A DNA stretch of 64,000 nucleotides from Podarcis bocagei (taxonomy: Eukaryota): the NCBI GenBank assembly GCA_964188305.1, contig OZ076886.1; one strand, given 5' to 3'. Each line of letters begins with the position of its first letter. Position 1 is the stretch's first letter. Shown piece by piece: positions 1 through 14,409 of this stretch. The notes under the pieces are model-generated. The model saw nothing but the letters and a program-made list of their open reading frames with translations, ran no database searches and was not told the origin of the DNA. Made by a program: the position numbers and the translations under genes.

Positions 1-2581
1 CTTAAACATGAACTTAATATTTTTCGACAATATGTGTAAGACAGAGTTCCACTAGGTGGCATTGCAACAGATCAGAGAAATGAACTGCTCACTCAAGACC
101 TGTTCTAGTTGTGCAAGGAGGCCAGTCACGTCCTCATGCTTGTGTGTGAGAGAGAAGTATTTCCAATAATGCCCCACTTCTATAATCTTGTAAATTGGCT
201 GTGAAATGTAATTATTTTCTGGAGTAGATGGTGAGGGGTTTATTGTTTGTTTGTTTGTTTGTTTGTTTTGTTTTGTTTATTAGAGGCAGCTCTAATAAAA
301 ATATTACCAGAAGTTATTTATTACCAAAGGTTTCCTATTTATGTGTAGGGAAGCTTTTAAATGTGTGGTGTTTTATTGTGTTTTCATATATGTTGGGAGC
401 TGCCTTGAGTGGCTGTGGCAACTCAGTCAGAAGGGTAGGGTACAAATAATAATTGTTGCTGCTGTTAATTTTATATCAAGATAAAAGAGGATTCTGTATG
501 ACAACAGTATATAAAAGATGGTTTCTTTAAAGTGTTGTTGTGAATCTTGGAGGAGAAGAAAAGAGACGAGCTGCTAACTCTGGTCACTATGGAAACGAGA
601 GACCACTTGAGGAAGAAAAACAGTTCCAAGAAGTGGAGTTTCCAGAGCCAGATCCTGATAGCGCTCCTGTAGCTTTAAATAGTTGCTTAGAATGGAAAAA
701 CCCCACTACCAAATTCTGATCTTCACCACTACATTACCTCATGTTACATGCTGCCAGGTAATATTGGCTAATTCAACATATAAACATCTTATTCATTTTA
801 CCCACATATTTCTGTTCTCCTCCCCTTTATTTTTGTTTGATATCATTGCAGAGTGTGATGTGTGCCTCTTTCAAATTGCATTGGTGAAAGAGAGGAAGGG
901 GAGAGTGAGTGTGATATAGACTGTGGAAAAACCTGCTACGATTTTTGCCTTTATGTTTAATGTTGGGCTAAACGAGAGGTGGGGAACCTCCAGTCCAGGT
1001 ACCAATTGTGCTGATTGCTGGACCCGAAACCAAGCCCAATTTCCCCTTTTGTGAAAGCATTCCAGAAGGATTGCATGCTGTGCAGATTTGAAGATCTGTG
1101 TGGGGAGGTGAGTTAGGGGTCAGAGCCATAAGACTTGCTGGCTCCAGTTGACAGTCCTTTTTCAAAGCTTGCTCTTGGGTTGGCTGCTTTTGTGTACATT
1201 AAAATGTGCTGTCCTAATAAACAAAGACGTGGCTGACAGCTGTCATTCCAATATTCTGATCTTGTGGGTGAGCTTGATGCAAAGGTGCAAGAGAGTGAGT
1301 TGTTATTGAGGCAGAAGTCCTAACTCTGGAATTTCCCAGCCCTTTCATTTCTAGAGGAGATGCTTAATACGAAGCTCTTTGAGGTGACAAAGGGGGAAGA
1401 GAGGGATCTCTGGCTCAAGGTCACTAAATTGACGCAATAGCGCTTGCATAGCACAGCCATGCACGGGTGAGTAAAATGCTTCTCTTCTTGAAGAGAGCTA
1501 CTCATCTAGGGATTCTCTTGGCTCAAGCCCTGTCTCAGTGAACAAGGCATAGATTTAAGAAGATAAATAATTTTGAATGAGCTAGATCTTAAAGTCATAA
1601 CTGGGGGGGGAGGCAAGTGAACAAACTACTGGATTATTCATTGGTTTCTTTGGCAAAGGGAGAACGTCAATATCAGGAAAGATAAATAGCTTTCAGAAAT
1701 AGAAATAAGAGGAAAAATTCCCTCTGGATACAGCTTCAATTTATTATCAGTTAAGTGTTATGACTGTGGTTTAGCATTCACCGGCTAAGGCTGGAACAAT
1801 AGCAGTTCAGCAGGGCTTTGCAGACCCTTTCTGATAATCCCGCCATCATGAAAAGTTTATCTGCTAGAGCAAAGCAACAAGTGAGCACGGATCACTTCAA
1901 TCTATTTATAGCAAGCACTTGAGCATTTTCATTATCAGGGGGATTCAGGTTGAACATAAAGCACATTTTAAAACATGAAAAGGGTCTGTACAGGGAGAGA
2001 TTGATTTTACAGCATTGCAGGATGGGGGGGGGGAGAATGATTAAAGACTCTCTGGAAATCATTTGGGAAGTATAATTTCAAATGCAGCCGTATATATTAC
2101 TGCCCCTAGAACAGTACATAGTTTGGACCTGAAACACCACAGATTATTCCCTCCACCATGACTTATGGGAGACCTCAGTGTGGAAATCACTGAAAACACA
2201 TGTTATGATGGTTCTCCATGTCAGGGCTGGAACTGGTAACAATGTATGAACATGTTGAAAGTTTCCATATCAGTTATGCATTTTCCTGACAGATCTTTGC
2301 CAGCTTTGTATTAATTTTTATCTCCTTTGATGAGACATCCTGGGAAGTCCCTACCATGCTCTCATGGACATCTTGTTATGGAAATGTTTGAGCAATTAAA
2401 GTGCAACCTTTAGTTGATGAAGGCGATCAGTTTTGGAGTGGTGACAAGGCAATGCAGAAAACATTGTTCCCACTCTGAACTGACCTCATTTTCCTTTAGT
2501 GAAGTCATCACTTTAATTTGATTTGCTGTGTGGCATCACCCTTACTCTAAGGAGGACATGGGCCAAAACAAGTGCCTAGCT

Positions 2582-2722
2582 CAGGCTTCCTCAAACTCAA
2601 ACTCGACCCTCCAGATGCTTGGAGACTACAATTCCCATCATCCCTGACACTGGTCCTGCTAGCTAGGGATCATTGGAGTTACAGGCCAGAAACATCTGGA
2701 GGGCCGAGTTTGAGGAAGTCTG
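2582..2722. mobile_element. Palindromic URR1/Charlie-like hAT MITE
   Basis: TIRs caggcttcctcaaact / agtttgaggaagtctg; core ccagatg..gactacaattcccatc..acatctgga; related copies at ~11622-11727, 13366-13497, 33069-33190, 38271-38405. Confidence 0.8.
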
Positions 2723-5143
2723 GTAGTTGATCCCTACTTTAACCCCACCCCCACCGCCACCAAACAGTGCCACCAAGCAGATTGAAAATCTGCGACTGAA
2801 GCAGCTGCCTCACCAAGGCTCCTGGTAGTGCTGGGGCTGCAAAAGTGGGTGGCTAAATTAAAGTACATTATAGCTTTACGGAAGACTAGTTTCTACATAC
2901 AGTACACTTACACAGCCCTCTCTACCCTCCATCCAGGCAATGCACTCAAGGAAGGCACTCATTATCAGAGATGAAGCACACATCCTCCAGGCAAGGAAGA
3001 TGTGAAATAAGGGGGGCTAGGGGGTAGCCTCAGGGAAGCCCTGAGGGTGCTATAGAGAGGCTTGGAGAACTACATTTGGCCCCTGGGCCTGAGTTTCCCC
3101 ACCTCAGACTTACAACCCCTTAAGGTAGACCAATATTGGTCCCATATTGCAAATGGAGAGGGCTGAGACTGACAGAAAGTTGCCTGCCTGGGCTAGACAA
3201 CCTTGACTGCTCCACTGACAAACCCAGTTTGCTCCACTGGTAAAAGGAAACACGGAGCACTCCCTAGCTTGTATCAGTGTAAGCACATTTTAGAAGTCCT
3301 TTGCAAATATCCCTAGGTTTTTTCCCCAGTCCCTCCTCCAGAAGCAAAAGACCTATTAATGCCCATCCAACATTTCCACAAGCAGTAAAAGCAGCGAGAG
3401 AAAATCCTCAAGTATCCAGGAAGGAATAATACACCTTTTAATTAAGATTTATAATAAAAAATACTATCCTAAATTACTCCCTTGTGGTTAAAAAGCATTC
3501 ACTGTGTAATATTAATTGTGTTAATTACTTTACTGATTGCTTGTTCCAGGCCTGATCTTGTTGTGGTATTGTTGTTGCTGTTGTTTAGTTTGATTTAGTG
3601 AAAACTGTAGCACTGAGAAGCAAGAGTGTCTTTTCTGTCTGGCTCCCTAATATGTCTTCTGGTTAAAAGAAGAAAAAAACCTCACACAATCTAAATATTG
3701 AGGAGAGGTTTATCGGCAGTATGACTAAAATGTTGGACAGGTAATTGAGGGTGAAATTAAAGGGGAAAAATCCTTTATCCAGCCCTTCATCAAAGATTGC
3801 TCCTGTCTCATTAGGCTGCTCCTTTCTTCCTTTGGTACCTTGTGTTTCAGCTCTATCTTTTTAGGACATGACTTATATGCATGCACGGTGCAATGGCACA
3901 GAAGAAGAAGAAAGAAGTACTTTTCCTCCCTGGTAATCTATATTCCAAATCAGTCTCTCCATTGTTCTGGTACCCGTTTCTATTTTCTTTCTGAACGATG
4001 GCAGATAGCTTGGAGTGAAATATGTACACCCAGTTATTCTTTCTCCACCATCGCCACCCCTGCCTCTGATAGTAATCCTTACAGCTCAGTGTGCTAGTAT
4101 TATGGCAACAAACTGTGGAGCATTTCGTTGCAAGGCTAAAACCTGTCGAAAATGCTTAGGAACCAATTCCAGTTTAACCACCTGTAAAATGGGAACAAAC
4201 AGAAACCTATTTCAAAGAGATGTTGCAAGGATAAATGAAATAAGTATTTCTACTGCCCCAAAGGCTATATCAGTTTACAAATGCCGTTGGAGAGCTGGAC
4301 TGTTGGAGCAGCTAAGATGCTGAGTTACATAATGTGAGGTCCTCAGTTCATCTCTCACCTCAGTCAGGGATTTAGAAGGTAATTTTAGGTGAGCCTTTCA
4401 GTGAGCAGCCCAAGTGGATCATTATAATAGTTTTTTTAAAAAATAATTTCTATACTGCTTAATATAATGAAAACATCTCTGAGCGGTGTACAAAAAGCTG
4501 AAGCAACAACAGACAACAAACAAAATATTACAAAAATACACAGGTACATATAAACATGTTAGAAAGTTAGTAACATATATAATTCAATATCAGTCCATTT
4601 TCCTTCTGACACACCCTCCCTCTCAGCCTCTGGGCCCAAACAAACTCTCAGTTCACCCACGAAACTCTCACAATGAGAAGAGTTCCTGGAAAAAAACAGC
4701 AGGCATCACCCCAGTCTCTCACTCTAGACTTGCTTTTTATGGCAGGTCGAAGGTGGATGGTACTACCCACTGCTGTGTCTCATTCAGGTGCAATCTCCAT
4801 ATCTTGTTCCAGGTACAGCAGGTTGCCTGCCAGACATGATTATTGTAAAGATTACTGAGTTAATGAATGAGAAGAGCTTTGAGAAAGTGTGATATCACTA
4901 GAATAAGTCAAATCAAACTAAAATATTAGAATGGGGAAAACCTCAGGCTGCTCCTGAGGCCCTAAAGACTTATAAAGTCGTGGTATTTACATAATTATCC
5001 AGCTCTTGGTCACTCTCACTCCAGCTTCAAGACATATTCTTACATGCTACATGTAAAATGACTCTGTCGCCCAAAAACGCAAATCTCTTTACCACAGCTG
5101 CCACAGAAGCAGGGGATAAGGCAAACGCTTGTACTGTATAAGG

Positions 5144-5400
5144 CAGGGTTCAGCAACCTTTTTCAGCCGTGGCCCGGTCCACCGTCCCTCAGACCATGTG
5201 GTGTGCCAAACAATTTTTTTTTTGGGGGGGGGGGGAATGAACGAATTCCCATGCCCCACAAATAACCCAGAGATGCATTTTAAATAAAAGGACACATTCT
5301 ACTCATGTAAAAACACGCTGATTCCCAGACCATCCACAGGCCGGATTGAGAAGACGATTGGGCCGCATCCGGCCCACGGGCCTTAGGTTGCCTACCCCTG
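5144..5400. mobile_element. hAT-family MITE with 8-bp TSD
   Basis: TIRs cagggttcagcaacct / aggttgcctacccctg; TSD gtataagg at 5136-5143 and 5401-5408. Confidence 0.92.
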
Positions 5401-5564
5401 GTATAAGGTTTCTCGTCTTGTGTGTGTTGATATGAAGATATAGAGGCCAGAATTATCTGCTGTCTTAGGTAAACTGATTGTACTTGTGAGAGCTGGACAT
5501 AAAACCAAGTTTGAAGTGAGTTTAAAGCAGGTCTGTACTGCCCTTTTCTGAGGAATGTGCTGGC

Positions 5565-5885
5565 TGGCAAATCTAAAAAAAAATGTAGTATGAACACCGA
5601 TAACTGAGAAACACTGGCCTGCGAGTGCTCCAATTGGAGAACAGCCTTTACCAAAGGTGTCTTGGGCTTTGAAGACGCTCAAACTCGAAAGGAAGCAAAA
5701 GGAAGAAGCGTGCTAAGAGGAAGGCGTGCTTGGTAATCCCTCACCGTAATCAGCTCCTGCCCGGAAATCTATGTCCCCACTGTGGAAGGATGTGTGGATC
5801 TAGAATTGGCCTCCAGTCACTTACAGACTCACTCTTGAAAACCATGATTATGGAAGACTATGAGTAATTGCCAAAGAAGAAGAAG
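5565..5885 (+). mobile_element. RTE-clade LINE 3' fragment
   Basis: Degenerate ORF end ETLACECSNWRTAFTKG and C-terminal zinc finger CPHCGRMCGSRIGL.SHLQTH (one frameshift); (AAG)n tail. Confidence 0.8.
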
Positions 5886-6301
5886 CAGTATAAGAGGCTT
5901 CCAGTGGCTTTGAGGCTGAGTAGGAATTTTCTGGTTCTCCATTGACTGTCCTTGTCAGGCAGGTTTTCATTTTTGCCTCCTCTGCGCTGGATGCCAGACG
6001 GTGTTCAGAGTTTAATGGGCCCATGTCTCTAATGAGGTTAATTGCTCAGATTTGACAGGAAAGCATGGGAATTGATGGGGTGCTGGTGTGCACCCTTAGG
6101 TACATTTGCTATATAATACCTGTTCTGCATTTGTAATAAATTGGTTTGTAAGAACTGAAGCAACCCCAGATATGTAGGATGTTGATGTGTGTTTTAATCT
6201 GTTTTTAGTTTGTGGCAGGTTTTAATGTTTTGAATGTTTTAAACAGTTGGGTTTGGTGTTTTTTACTGATAATTTTAGTCTCTTTGTAAACCACTTTGGA
6301 A

Positions 6302-6651
6302 GGGACACGGGTGGCGCTGTGGGTTAAACCACAGAGCCTAGGACTTGCCGATCAGAAAGTTGGCGGTTCAAATCCCCGGGACGGGGTGAGCTCCCGTTGC
6401 TCGGTCCCTGCTCCTGCCAACCTAACAGTTCAAAAGCATGTCAAAGTGCAAGTCGATAAATAGGTACCGCTCTGGCGGGAAGGTAAACGGTGTTTCCGTG
6501 CGCTGCTCTGGTTTGCCAGAAGCGGCTTAGTCATGCTGGCCACATGACCCGGAAGCTGTATGCCAACTCCCTCAGCCAATAAAGTGAGATGAGCGTCACA
6601 ACCCCAGAGTCGGTCACGACTAGACCTAATGGTCAGGGGTCCCTTTACCTT
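6302..6651 (+). mobile_element. Full-length Sauria SINE (Squam1/POM-type) with TSD
   Basis: tRNA-like head gggacacgggtggcgctgtgggtt...ggttcaaatcc, body gataaataggtacc, ACCTTT tail; TSD taaaccactttg at 6287-6298 and 6652-6663. Confidence 0.92.
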
Positions 6652-9600
6652 TAAACCACTTTGATGGAGTTTTTTTGTTTGTTTTTTATTTAAAGCAAAT
6701 GGTATATAAATTTTATGAAATAAAGAAATGTGTTGGCATCTTCGGAGGCAGGCTGCCAAGAGCCATGACCTGGTTAGGGAGCACCCTTGAGGCCTGGAGT
6801 TGTAGGGCCCTGGATGGGGTCAAGAATGCATCCCTATAGACCTTAATGGTGTGGTTCTGGTAATGGCATTTTTGCTAGTCAAACCCACATTCAAAACAAC
6901 ATCTCTTGTTGGCTGTGTGGTCATTGAATCTTTTATCATCTGTGACAGCCAAGCATGGTGGATACTTTCCAGAGGCGTCAACTTCTGTAAAAGATTGTGA
7001 GGGCCCAACTTGATGTCCTGAGGAGCTAGGGGGCAGAGCTGAACATGGCGGTAGCATGGCCCCAGCAATAATAATAATATTGCAGCTATATAAAAAACTG
7101 GCTTGTTTAAAAAAAATACACAGATATGGAAATGTGGAGAGCTAAACTTAAGATTGGTGGAAAATATGAGAAACTTTGAGAAACCAACATTGACTGATTC
7201 ACCAATCCCTATATGCCATTCAAACACCAATTGTTGCCTTTATCTATTTCTCTGGCTCCTCATGATGCCATCTGAAGCAGGCCACCTTACCTTTCTGCAT
7301 GTCAGGGATGGTCCAATTCCTACAAGTGATTATTCAGAAGTTAGTTCCACTGAGTTCAGCAGGACTTGCTGCCAGGTAAGTGTGGGTCCAAAGGTCAGCA
7401 GCTTAAGTGGCATATGCAGGTGTGCAAAGCCGCCAGCGTAATGGGGGACAAGATGAGTGATAGAGGAACTTCTCCATTACCTTTTGAGTGTTAGCATTCC
7501 TTGAGTGGGTCCAGTGCTGCTAGACCTACTCAGCCATTGGAATCAAGGACAAATTACGGCTTCAAGAAAATGCAGTTAGTCCCCACGCTTTCATATGCAA
7601 TCCAGATGAATGTTGGTGATGAATAAATTGCAGAAGCATGTTACGTCTTCTGAGAGAGGATTTGTGGGGCAGCTAAAACTGTTTTGTTTTCTTGGTGATT
7701 AATAATTTGTGAAAGCAACAGCCACAGAGAGCAGGGGAAAACAGCTGGCCGAGGGTAAAGGGACAGAAGAGATTTGTCTATTCGTTTTTGTGTTTCTTTA
7801 TTGCTTCCTTTCCGTAGATCAGCTGTGGCCAAATATTTGTTGGCATTTAGGTCCACACAGTCTTTACAAGTCAAAGCTCTGGGGCACAGCTGTCCCAGGA
7901 CGATGGCTTCCTAATCCTGACACAGGCTGCCTTAGGCCAGCCACTCTTTGCTCAAACCCACTGCAGTTTTCAGTTCCTGTGTCCCTTATGGCGCAAAGCA
8001 ATCTGTCATTTCAGCTTTGTTCCCTGCCTGTCTCCTGACTCTGACTCTAACAGTGTTTGGCAATGGTGTCAGTGAGATAGATCCAGATGTGTGGCATTCA
8101 GTGATGGCTTGGGAAGAGAGGAGGTTGATTAGGGCAGTACCATTCCACTCCTCTGCAGCTGTCACTTGAGTCACAGCAAGCAGGGGCTCATGCTGCTTGG
8201 CTTCACTTGGGAGCCTTGGGGAGCAGGAGGTGGGGAGAAAGACATCATTGGACAAACAGGTTATAGCAGTATATTTCCCCCCTCTGCCTCCTTCTGCTGA
8301 AACTGGGCTCAGTTTCACCTCTCTTCACTTGGAAGCCTAGGTCTGTATTTGGAGAGAGAAAGACAAACCACTCTCACCACTCCAATAAACAGCACCAGTA
8401 AGCAGAAAATGCACCCACCTGCCCATAATCCTCACTGTAAGAATGCCTCGGGACTACAGCAGGTAAACCCAAGCCAGGTGAGTAAAATTAGACACACACC
8501 CCGTGCACTTTTCATTACAGAATTTACAGGTTTAGTGCTCGTTTCTCCTTTATTTGGAAATGGATTATTTTGTTCTAGAAGCACGTGAATGCTAAACCTG
8601 TACTATCTTCCACTATGTTTCCAGAAGTAGCCTTTACATCACATGAAAGCTCAATTATAATGTGGAAATTAACAGTTAGGAAAATGTCAGGAAAACAACA
8701 TAAGCTGCTGTGTGAATGCAGCCCATGACTGTTTAAAGTGATATGATGCAGCTTTAAATGTGTAGCGCAGATGGGGCCTTTATCTCATAGCACCCATAAC
8801 CTCCTGGCTGATTGAAATAGGAGAAATATGATGCTGGAGCTGCTTTTCTCAGAGTTTGCCTTTGTTTGATTTTAAAAAGCTATGCCTATGATGCCACAAC
8901 TGAAAGTTCATGCTAAACTAGAAGAGGATGCTCTTTGAAAAATGTGAAAATGATGGTACTTTTCAAGGTTCGGCATTATGTTAAATCAGGTCCTGCTCAC
9001 AAATGTTGTGCTGTATGCCATATGTCTTCCCTGTTATGGGCAGGGATTGAAAATATGAACAAAATTGCCTTCCTGATGATATAGTAAAGACTCAGCATCA
9101 GTTCAAATGAAATTTTGACCTTCCTTATTGTGATTTCCATGACTATCCAGCCTCAAAATCCATAATTCTATCTGGAAACTAATATGCCCATGGCTGAGAA
9201 GATATGTTTATTTGCTTCTATTAGTATTGTTTAAATTTCTTTGTAGATACCAAGAGATTCACTCACAGATATAGATGTTTTGGAAGAGTCTAGTGCCACT
9301 TGTTGATTTAGCAATTTTCCTCTTGACCTCTTGTCTTTTGGTCTTCAAATTCATTTTCCGTATCTCAGTAGAGTAGAATGATTCCATTTTATTCTTTGCT
9401 CAAACTCTGCAGAACAGAAATGGTCCTTTCCATCCATTCCTAATCTGGATCTCACATTCAGCATACTTGAGTCAGTTGCTACATTCTTTATTTGGACGCT
9501 CTCACAAGATGGCATTGTTTTAATGAAATGTGACTGAAGTCCTGAGCCTCTGCTGGTCTGCCTAATACATATATATAAATTTAATTGCTTCATGGCATTG

Positions 9601-12600
9601 AAGATCATCATCACCTCCATAGCCTGAGCTGGCTAAATCCCAAAGTGGCAACTGTAACCTCAAGCATTTTTTCATTGACTCAAATACCTACCTGTATTCA
9701 GAGGATTTACTTGTGCAGCAATGATATCTTGCTTTCATCTGACATGAGTTAACCTGTGACCTCTGCAAGCCCCTGGAAGTGCTACTCTTAAAATAAAATA
9801 AAAAGCTAAATAAACATTAAAAATGACAATACATGAAAAATATAATAAAAATTAGCATCACAAAATCCAATAAGGAACAGAATTAAAAGAGCAACAACGA
9901 TAATTGTTCAGTAATAATGGAGTGAAATGGATTCCGTTAAGGATGGGTTTCTTCAATTTTGCTGCCCCTGTTGAGAATGCTATCTCCTATGTTGTCTGTC
10001 ACTGCACATCTTGAAGCTTTTTCCTAAAACACAGTAAAAGCCATTTTAATAGCACTTTATTATCAGTATATTCGGGCTTCAAAGTCAGGTAACTGAGTAT
10101 TTGTTCCTGTGATTTATTTCCCTTCTGTAGTTACAAGATAGCATGTGCAAGTCATGGCATTACATAACTGTTGGTTTCTTAGAAATTCATCCAGTATAGT
10201 TTCTAGGATTGTTGCATAGATCATGGTGCAGTGGATTCCAAACATAATATTTGCATTCCTATTTAATAATAAAAACTAATAGTATTACAATTTTGAAATG
10301 TGATTGTATTGTTTTCGAAAGGAGGAACATTGTAGGATAAATTTCCTTTGTTTTGCTGTTGAGTGCACTCTATTGCTCTGTACTGGAAGTTCTTGTTGTT
10401 GCCCAGCTCTAATTATTTCTCTGCCCTAGAAATCCTCTTTGTTGTCCAGCTCTAATTATGTTCTAAAATTAAATGAATTATCATTTCCTATTTGTGTCGA
10501 GCCTGCATTTCAAAGATCATAAATTCACCTTATCTGTCAAGCAAACTTTATTGCCTAATAGAACAATGGTGATAATAAAACAAAGTAATAGTTAATAGAA
10601 TCCTTTGTGGGTTTGGGATACCTAGGGATAATAGCATGTCTGACACTCTTTAGAGCCAATATTTACCTTTATCGCTGCTCACAGCCTCCTGAGACCCATT
10701 TGTTGTGCAATTCCCATTAAGAGTTTGTAGTAAAACAGCCTGTTGTCTTACTATTTTTGCCATTAAGAACACTAAGTTATAAATAGGTTGTCACTGGTGA
10801 AGCAGAAGTATTACCAGAACTTCTTTCCCCTAAATAGTACTCATTTCTTCATTTATAGACAGCTTTTTTGTATGGCTTTTACATTAGTCCATTTCTAATT
10901 TGCATTTTCGCACTTTATTCCTAGCTCATTTCTATTTCCCTACTGTATAAGGTATCAACTACCACCATGCACTAACTGCAAGGTTTGGTTCAGATCCCAG
11001 TTTGTTGCTTTGGGAAACAGCCTATCTGAAGTGTTTCAGAGGCTTCTGAGTTCAGCTCAAGGTTCAAGGCTAATCCCCATTCAGAAAAACAAAGCTTTGT
11101 TTCTTTCTGCCTCCCACGCCCTTCACTATTGGATTATAAATAAATAAATGCTGTACTTCTTTTCTCTTTTGACAGAAGTAGATGAAATTTGCAGGCATAA
11201 CAGCCCAGCAGAATGGATAAAGAATGACAAATCACATCTCATTTCCGCCCCCGCCCCCCAGTTGATTCAGGGCACCTTGGGCAGATTCCACTTTACCTCA
11301 AGCAAGGCCAGAATCCTTCCAAACTACCCCACTCTAAGGTTTGAGTTTTGTCCAAATCTGCTGCATACTTCTTAGTGTCAACAAGATGATAGCTGATAGC
11401 TGGATAATCCCAATCCACAAATTCTCACATGCTGCAGAAGAGCTGTCTACAGCCCAGCTGTCAGTGAAGGACAGGAGAGAAGCAGTTGATGAAACACACA
11501 ATCTTTAAGGGCATTCCCCATGTCCAGCCATTTCTCCCCCAATCTGAAGTGTTTCAAGGGGTTTTTTGTTCTTGTTGCTGTCATCATAATCACCTTCTAA
11601 AGAAGATTTCTTTATTTCTTTGGTAGCCAACATGTAGCCAGATGTTGTTGGACTACAACTCCCATCATCCCTAACCATTGGCCATGCTAGCTGGGGCTGA
11701 TGGGAGTCGGAGTCTAACAACCCCGGAAATGGGTGTGTGTGCTTTCTTTATTATTTCAGAGGCATGTCCCAAATAGCTACTACCCTATAACATGATTTAG
11801 AGAGTAGTCAGTGGTTGTAGAGAAGACTGGGGATCATCAGCTTGCCAAACTGTCGCTAACTATGGAACAGAGGCTTTAAAATCCCCCTATCCCATTGTCT
11901 CACTCTTCTCTTGTAATGGCAGTAACACAAAGTAAAACGTGTGGGAGAGGCACACGGCACATATCAACCACATGAATGGGAACGTAAAAGGCAATTGTTC
12001 TTCACTTTTCTTTCAGATATTTTTGTTAGAAAATGTAAAATGAAATTGACAGAAATAATGTGAGATAGATTGTGCCCTACATCCTACTGAAATCAAAGAG
12101 ACTTGCAGGGAATTGTAATTGTGTCCCCTTCCAATGCTTTCAAGTCACACCCAGCTTTGGCTGCCTTGTGCTGCTAATACTCAATTTCTGTCACATTAGA
12201 TGACAAATCAACATTTGCATCAAAGCCATGTCAATGATTAAGCTTTAAATCTAAATTTTGCACCAAGTACATATCGGATAAAGCAGCCTCTGTTGTGCCG
12301 TTCTTGGTCCTTGGCACATCAGATCCTTGAACAGCAGGTGAAAAAAACCATCAAACCCATTCTTTTCTGTTTATAGAGTGCAGATCAAAATCCCCTTTAC
12401 CTCTGAAAAGCAGAGCTCAGAGCTCATCTTGGGTTTCATAGCACATTCAATAGGCAGTGCCCTTTGCCTATCTTACGGAAGACTTCATTAAAAAATGAAT
12501 AGCTGTTTCTCGCAATGTGCACAACAGACAGTGATGCTGTGAGTACAAAATACCCTCGAAACAGTTTAGAAAACTTCACAGCAGCTGAATCTAATGGGTT

Positions 12601-12785
12601 CCTAAGCATCAAGGAAGTCACTTGGTCTGCTGAGATGGGCCTGCAGTGAGATGAAAAGGCAACAAAAGAACCCAAGCCTCTGGAATTTTGTCATTTAGAA
12701 GGTTTTGCCTCTCCCGTTTTATCTGACATTAATTGCAGTCAGATGTAGTGTCACAGCAGCAGCTTGACAGACTGATAATACACTT

Positions 12786-12965
12786 CTGTACCTCAGTGGT
12801 AAAGCACCTGTTTTGCATGCAGAGGGTTGCAGTTTGCAGTCCTCACATCACCTGGTATGGCAGGCAGAGACCCCTGCCTGAAATCCTGATGAGATGTGCC
12901 AGCCGGTGGAAAGAGTACTGAGCTATATGGACCAGTGGTTTGACTTATAAAGTAGCTCCCTATGT
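12786..12965 (+). mobile_element. Older tRNA-derived SINE with CR1-like tail (probably Squam2-type)
   Basis: ctcagtggtaaagca A box, tgcatgcagagg, actgagctatatggacca...tccctatg tail; family name tentative. Confidence 0.7.
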
Positions 12966-14015
12966 GCATTTGCATAATTCCTGTGCACCAGCTTGGTTGC
13001 TCGAAACACTTTTTCCTAACCCATGCAGTGTTTGCGTACAACAGGAATGGGTGGGTGCAAACCTGCAAAAAACAAAATAAAATAATCTACAGAAGTCTTA
13101 AGCTATTCCCTTTCGTTACAGTAGTTTGGTGTTTTCCAGTGAGGAAGAGAAATGGAACTTTACCCAGTAACTCTCATGCAGTTATTTTAGACTGCATAAG
13201 CCAAGCTGAAGCAAGGTCTAGTTTATTGGGACTCTGGGTCCCTAAAACAGATGAAGACCCCTTTCTAGTCACAATGGTATGCTTTAACTCAACTTTTTTG
13301 ATCATGCTATCAGTGGAAGTTGGTGGGAAGCACAAGAGTACATCAGCATGAAAGTGGCTTTAAGGAAGGGATGGGGGCGCTCTGGCCCTCCCATTCTTAC
13401 TGGCCTCCAGCTCCTATCACTCCTGCCCCTGTTGGCTGGACCTTATGGGGATTGGAATCAAACAACATCTGGAGTGCCCCAAGTTTGTCCATCTTTGCTT
13501 AGAGAAGGCAGCGGCAACTGCAGACCTGGCACTAAAGAAAGACTAAGAAGAGGTACCTGCTACCATATGGTTTTGCAGCTGTTGCTTTTTTGTTTCTTTG
13601 TTTTATTTGTCTCACCAGCTTCTCTAAGGGACTCCTTTCTATAATGGACTTTGGAAGTACCATTATTTTAAAATGCAGATTATGGATCTTTCATTCATAT
13701 AACGGATTATAATCTTATTTGAACAAGGCCTTCCAATTTCCTTACTTACTGACTTTATTTGCTTTGCTTTGTTCTTTTATGCTATAGGGGGTGAAGGCCT
13801 TTAGCCTAGATAAGTTAAGTATCGCTTCTTCCCTTAATTCATTTACAAGTTTTCAACCATGACCGAACAGTATATTCAAGAAATATATAGTTGTATTCTC
13901 AGCACCCACGGGTCTCCCAGTTTCAGAGAGGCAGAAGGTATCAACAACTAATAAACTCAATCCATTGCCAGAACTTCCATAATCCCTCCTCATTTGTGTG
14001 GGCTTTTATTTAGAT

Positions 14016-14017
14016 CT

Positions 14018-14083
<66 letters not shown>
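14016..14083. repeat. (TTTC)n microsatellite
   Basis: Read directly. Confidence 0.98.
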
Positions 14084-14085
<2 letters not shown>

Positions 14086-14409
14086 GGACCTTATGAGAAT
14101 GTCCTCCAATAAGCAAAACACACACACCAAAACATACTGTTCGACAATGTATTGTCTTCTTCTGTACATTTATTTTGTGCTTTGTTTTTGGATTGTCTTT
14201 GAATTGCTGGGATTAAACATCTATGGGAAAACTTATCAGCTCATGTGACACTTCATATTTTCCCTGAGGAATTTTATCTTGTCAATTTTAATGGCCACAA
14301 ATGCAGTTAATGGCCACAAATGGGTTAGTAAGGATTAGGGAGAAAGAGGAAATAAATAAAACAGTAGCCAAAATTATGCAGCAGCAACTGTTTTTCATAT
14401 CCCTTTCCA

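Noticed and set aside
4650-4850. Possible DIRS or other retroelement fragment
   Set aside because: Resemblance too weak to support by eye
6302-6390. tRNA genes (also SINE heads at 12786, 35556, 63912)
   Set aside because: A/B boxes run straight into SINE bodies; no complete cloverleaf
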